A stretch of 20,675 bases of DNA, taken from Candidatus Heimdallarchaeota archaeon (GTDB taxonomy: Archaea > Asgardarchaeota > Heimdallarchaeia > Heimdallarchaeales > Heimdallarchaeaceae). This document shows positions 17,161-20,675 of this stretch, one piece after another; position 1 is the first letter of the stretch, and each line of letters opens with the position of its first letter. The DNA lies in NCBI GenBank assembly GCA_030668875.1, contig DAOVER010000051.1:1-20675 (forward strand), in the 5' to 3' direction. The notes under the pieces were generated by a model. The model worked only from the letters and a program-made list of their open reading frames with translations. It was not told the DNA's origin and did not search any database. Both the position numbers and the translations under genes were made by a program.

Positions 17161-17988
17161 ATGACCAAATTGATCAAGCTTGATAGTGAAATCATAGAGA
17201 CAATGATTTTACCTTTATGGGGTAGAGCTACATATGGAGAAAAATTTCCTGAGCTTCTTAATGATTTCAAATCTAAAGAAATTCTCACAAAAATAGACAT
17301 TGACACTTCAGATTATTATCCAAGATTTACGGAATATTTTGATCTAACCTTTGTTAACAGAGCTAGAAAACTTGATTTGGCAGTTAAAGAAAACCTAAAG
17401 ATTTTTCCAAAGTCTACAGTGGTAAATTTCGGAGCAGGAATGGATACAGGTTATCTTAGAATTAATGATTCAACTGCTAGGTGGTATGATCTTGATCTCC
17501 CTGAAGCAATTAAACTTAAACGCAAATTTGTTGAGGAAACAGAGAATTATACATTCATCACGAAATCTGTACTTGACCAAAGTTGGTTATCTCAGATTGA
17601 TTTTACAATAGGTAACGGAATAATTTTCTTAGCTGGTGGACTCTTCATGTATTTCAGAGAATCAGAAGTCGTATCATTATTGGAGAAACTAGCAGAGAAT
17701 TTTCTAGGAGGTAAGATCGTATTTGATATAGGGTCAAAACGTAGTATGCGCATTGCTAACAAAAGATCAATTCAGAAAGGTAAAACTGAATGGATATGGT
17801 ATTTAGCGGTAAACAAACCAGAAAAAGAGATACCTGACTGGTCAGATAAATTTAGGTTAATTTCAAGTTATGCTTATTGGAATAACATTCCTAAGAATAA
17901 AAAATATAAATTTTCGACGAAGTTATTGATGAAGTTTTCAGATGCTTTGAAACTTGCGCATTTTGTTGAATTAAAATTTGAAATTTAA
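17161..17988 (+). CDS. Class I SAM-dependent methyltransferase (LCM / TcmP-YktD-like O-methyltransferase)
   Basis: ETMILPLWGRA, RARKLD, VVNFGAGMDT, WYDLDLPEAI.LKRKF and AGGLFMYF. Confidence 0.9.
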   Translation: MTKLIKLDSEIIETMILPLWGRATYGEKFPELLNDFKSKEILTKIDIDTSDYYPRFTEYFDLTFVNRARKLDLAVKENLKIFPKSTVVNFGAGMDTGYLRINDSTARWYDLDLPEAIKLKRKFVEETENYTFITKSVLDQSWLSQIDFTIGNGIIFLAGGLFMYFRESEVVSLLEKLAENFLGGKIVFDIGSKRSMRIANKRSIQKGKTEWIWYLAVNKPEKEIPDWSDKFRLISSYAYWNNIPKNKKYKFSTKLLMKFSDALKLAHFVELKFEI

Positions 17989-18089
17989 AAATCAGAGAAG
18001 CCAAATTTTGTTATCTCTAGCAATCTTCCTAGTTCTACTTACTTTGTAAGGTGCTTTTATACTTAAAAAAATATTAACTATGAGCGTCA

Positions 18090-19253
18090 TTGCCCAGTAC
18101 AGTTGAAAAGTTAAACATACTTGGAGAAGCAGCAAAGTATGATCTTTGTGCATCCTCCTCCACTCCCCGTTCTCATACTCCAGATTCTATTGGTAGGGCT
18201 ACAAAGGCTGGTGTGTGCCATTCTTTTCTTCCAGATGGACGATGCATCTCTCTTCTGAAAGTTTTAGTGACCAATGGTTGCATTCATGATTGCAAGTACT
18301 GTATAAACTCTACAGTAAATACTAACTGTACTAAGCGTCCAGTCACTTCTTTCGAAGCTGAAGAGTTAGCTAATCTAACTATGAGTTTCTATTTGCGTAA
18401 TTATATAGAGGGTCTTTTTCTAAGTTCAGGAATTGTTAGAAGTGCAACAACCCAAGCAGAGATTATCCACGATACGCTTCACCTATTAAGAAACAAGCAT
18501 AAATTTGGTGGTTACATCCATGCTAAAGTTTTACCTGGAATCGGGTATGATGAACTCCGTCGAATATCGGAACTTGCCGATCGTGTTAGTATAAATGTGG
18601 AGTTACCTAATAAATCTAGATTTGAAGAAACGTGTTCTACCAAAAGTTATCAAAATGATATTCTAAAACCAATGAACTGGTTACCAGGTTTGAGATCTAA
18701 AGGCATGATTCCTGCTGGATATACAACACAATATGTTATTAGTGGTGCGGAAGAAACAGATGAAGAAATCTTGGACTGTGTTTTTTCTTTCTATAATGAT
18801 GATTCGAATTTCAAACGACAGTACTATTCAACTTGTTTACCTTTGAATGACGATAAACCTCTCCCAAAAAAATTTTTCTTGAGAGAAAACAAGTTGTATC
18901 AGATTGATTGGCTTTATAGAATTTACAAATATTCCTCAACTGAACTTCAGTCGGTAGTTGATGATTCTGGTTTTATCCCTTTGAATATTGATCCTAAAAT
19001 ATCTTTAGCTCGTAATAATGATATGTTTCCGTTAGATGTAAATAAAGCATCATATCTAGATTTAATACGAGTTCCAGGTTTGGGGCCAACTTCTGCAAAA
19101 AGAATATTATCCCTTCAAAAGCAAAAAGTTCCTGTAACCAGACCTCAACAACTAAAATCCATCGGAGTTGTATTAAAAAGAGCTCTTCCTTTTCTTAGTA
19201 TAGGTTCAAAAACTCAACTAACTTTAGAGAAATTCACTAATGGAGGACAATAG
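18090..19253 (+). CDS. Putative DNA modification/repair radical SAM protein (TIGR03916-like) with C-terminal helix-hairpin-helix
   Basis: KL.ILGEAAKYDLC, CHSF.PDGRCISLLKVL.TN, CxxxCxxC (CIHDCKYC), YIEGLFLSSG, YIHAKVLPG, ADRVSINVELP, RE.KLYQ.DWL.R.Y and LIRVPGLGP.SAKRI (HhH). TTG start; an out-of-frame ATG lies at 18080. Confidence 0.92.
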   Translation: MPSTVEKLNILGEAAKYDLCASSSTPRSHTPDSIGRATKAGVCHSFLPDGRCISLLKVLVTNGCIHDCKYCINSTVNTNCTKRPVTSFEAEELANLTMSFYLRNYIEGLFLSSGIVRSATTQAEIIHDTLHLLRNKHKFGGYIHAKVLPGIGYDELRRISELADRVSINVELPNKSRFEETCSTKSYQNDILKPMNWLPGLRSKGMIPAGYTTQYVISGAEETDEEILDCVFSFYNDDSNFKRQYYSTCLPLNDDKPLPKKFFLRENKLYQIDWLYRIYKYSSTELQSVVDDSGFIPLNIDPKISLARNNDMFPLDVNKASYLDLIRVPGLGPTSAKRILSLQKQKVPVTRPQQLKSIGVVLKRALPFLSIGSKTQLTLEKFTNGGQ

Positions 19254-19929
19254 TAAGATGAGTTTTTGTAATAGATCAGCTTCAGATTATGTTGAAGCTG
19301 CAAAAAGACATAAAGATGCTACTAAAGTTTTCATTGAAAAGGCTTTTAGTTTATTACAGAACAAATCCTATGAAATTACTTCTGGTTGCTCTGAATTGGG
19401 GAGTTTAGTTAAGAAAAGAGGAAATGCTGTTATTTCGGAATCCTATAAACTTTCAGCCTATGTGCGATTAACTCCTCTCTCAGAGATGATTCTTTTTGGT
19501 TCATGCTTACCTGAACATAATACTGGAAGTATGATTGCAGAGTACATCTCACAAAGATACCATAACTTCTTGATTCTGATTTTCACCGATAAGGATTTTC
19601 ATCTAGCAACTGAAAGAGTAGATATATCAGAAATACCTACCTTTTCAGGTAAAACCAATGAGGAAATAATAGAAAAAGTCAGAAATTTCGCTATTAGCAT
19701 TTTTGATGATCGTTTAGATGAGAAATATCTTTTGTTGAATGCCGATGATTTGTGGGAAGTATTTTATGAAACTCAGTTTTTAACTCAAAGAGAAAACTTG
19801 AAGTTATACCATGGGGCAATTCCCAAATATATGTTTAAGAAGGCGGGAATGAGCCTTGAAGAGGATTTTTTTAAGAAAGTAATCAATAAGAACAAACAAA
19901 ATACCACACTAGACGAGTATATTGAGTAA
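19240..19929 (+). CDS. DUF4130 (TIGR03915-like) partner protein
   Basis: V..ESYKLSAYVRL...PEHN...I.QRY and LWEVFYETQF...REN.KL....IPKY match the DUF4130 core. Overlaps the radical SAM gene by 14 nt. Confidence 0.8.
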   Translation: MEDNSKMSFCNRSASDYVEAAKRHKDATKVFIEKAFSLLQNKSYEITSGCSELGSLVKKRGNAVISESYKLSAYVRLTPLSEMILFGSCLPEHNTGSMIAEYISQRYHNFLILIFTDKDFHLATERVDISEIPTFSGKTNEEIIEKVRNFAISIFDDRLDEKYLLLNADDLWEVFYETQFLTQRENLKLYHGAIPKYMFKKAGMSLEEDFFKKVINKNKQNTTLDEYIE

Positions 19930-19994
19930 CAAATTAGAAGTCAAGATAAAAAGAAAAATTCAAATGGTAATGCTTTTCTAGTTATTTGATTATC

Positions 19995-20420
19995 ATGAGT
20001 TCTTTTGGTGTATATCAGATAGGAGAAGTAAAAATCGATCAAGATTCTTGTTATATCGAAATTCATGAACCCTACATGTTAGGATTGCAACATATTGAGA
20101 AATTTGGGCATATCATTGTATTGTGGTGGATTTCCATGAGAGACACCCCTAAGAATAGAGCAACACTGTTAGTAAAGCCACCTAGATTAAATAACCTCGT
20201 GGAGACAGGAGTATTTTCATCCAGAAGTCCTTCAAGGCCCAATCCAATTGGTTTTACAAAGGTAAAACTCCTAAAGGTGGAAAATAATAAATTATTCATT
20301 GATAGAATTGATGCTTTGGATGGTACACCTGTTTTAGATATCAAACCTTATCTTCCAGGTGATAGTGTTCCATTGAGCGACATTAGATTGCCTGAATGGT
20401 TCAAATCATTAAAAGATTAA
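19995..20420 (+). CDS. trmO: tRNA m6t6A37 methyltransferase TrmO (TsaA) family
   Basis: HIIVLWW, GVFSSRSPSRPNPIG, IDALDGTPVLDIKPY and C-terminal PEW. ATG at 19995 (ORF track uses TTG at 19986). Confidence 0.92.
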   Translation: MSSFGVYQIGEVKIDQDSCYIEIHEPYMLGLQHIEKFGHIIVLWWISMRDTPKNRATLLVKPPRLNNLVETGVFSSRSPSRPNPIGFTKVKLLKVENNKLFIDRIDALDGTPVLDIKPYLPGDSVPLSDIRLPEWFKSLKD

Positions 20421-20440
20421 ATTCCTCTATTATAATATGC

Positions 20441-20460
20441 TTTTTTCTTTTTGTCTTCTT
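20441..20460 (+). terminator. Possible oligo-T terminator after trmO
   Basis: TTTTTTCTTTTTGTCTTCTT, 20 nt after the trmO stop. Confidence 0.4.
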
Positions 20461-20500
20461 AGCTTGTAAATCTAGTAACATTTTCGAGATAGTACGGGTG

Positions 20501-20508
20501 TTTTTATA
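20501..20508 (+). promoter_or_regulatory. Putative TATA box for leaderless tnpB
   Basis: TTTTTATA, 23-30 nt upstream of the ATG at 20531. Confidence 0.45.
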
Positions 20509-20530
20509 GTGAACTCTAGGTTAAAGAAGG

Positions 20531-20675
20531 ATGACAAAGGTACTGCGTGCAGAACGTATAGAAGTGACGTATCATCCAGCACTGAGCAGAATCTGTCATC
20601 AAGCAAAAAATCTCTATAATCGAGCAAATTTTTTGATAAAAAGTGAATTGAAAAAAGCAAACAAACTTCTCTTTT
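20531..20675 (+). mobile_element. tnpB: TnpB (IS200/IS605 or IS607 family RNA-guided endonuclease), N-terminus only, truncated by the window edge
   Basis: Open frame from the ATG at 20531: MTKVLRAERIEVTYHPALSRICHQAKNLYNRANFLIKSELKKANKLLF. CHxxKNLYNxANxxI is the characteristic TnpB N-terminal motif. Absent from the ORF track. Confidence 0.8.

Noticed and set aside
20072-20660. Minus-strand ORFs 20072-20344 and 20472-20660
   Set aside because: Antisense to trmO and to the tnpB N-terminus, which has a clear family motif on the plus strand.
1-20675. CRISPR array, tRNA or rRNA genes
   Set aside because: No regularly spaced repeats and no cloverleaf or rRNA-like segments were seen. The only rRNA-like words are the short guide complements in the sRNA.

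Overview
AT-rich archaeal window, mostly translation and ribosome housekeeping genes. An Asgard/Heimdallarchaeia-like host is suggested by eS1, eS6, eL15, TFB, Pcc1, Rpp30/Pop5 and a long WD40 protein, but taxonomy is inference only. Left to right: the 3' part of a disrupted amidohydrolase; DUF2095; an Obg-family Ygr210/YchF-like GTPase; the conserved minus-strand operon rdgB/HAM1-rps15-RecJ/GAN(Cdc45-like)-pcc1-rps3ae; an ACT-like hypothetical protein; tfb; rps6e; a 4-TM membrane protein; rnp3-rnp2(Pop5)-dCMP deaminase; a WD40 protein; ileS; COG1325/DUF54; and rpl15e. An accessory plus-strand tail follows: an LCM/TcmP-type methyltransferase, a radical SAM-HhH + DUF4130 pair, trmO, and the start of a TnpB at the window edge that the ORF track misses. 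The best hidden feature is a 60-nt box C/D guide sRNA (12393-12452, minus strand) between ileS and the WD40 gene. Its boxes are non-consensus but compensatory, and both 12-nt guides match universally conserved peptidyl-transferase-centre segments of 23S rRNA; one predicts Gm2251 by the N+5 rule. Also notable: a catalytically degenerate GAN/Cdc45 orthologue and an apparently inverted exosome-superoperon fragment.
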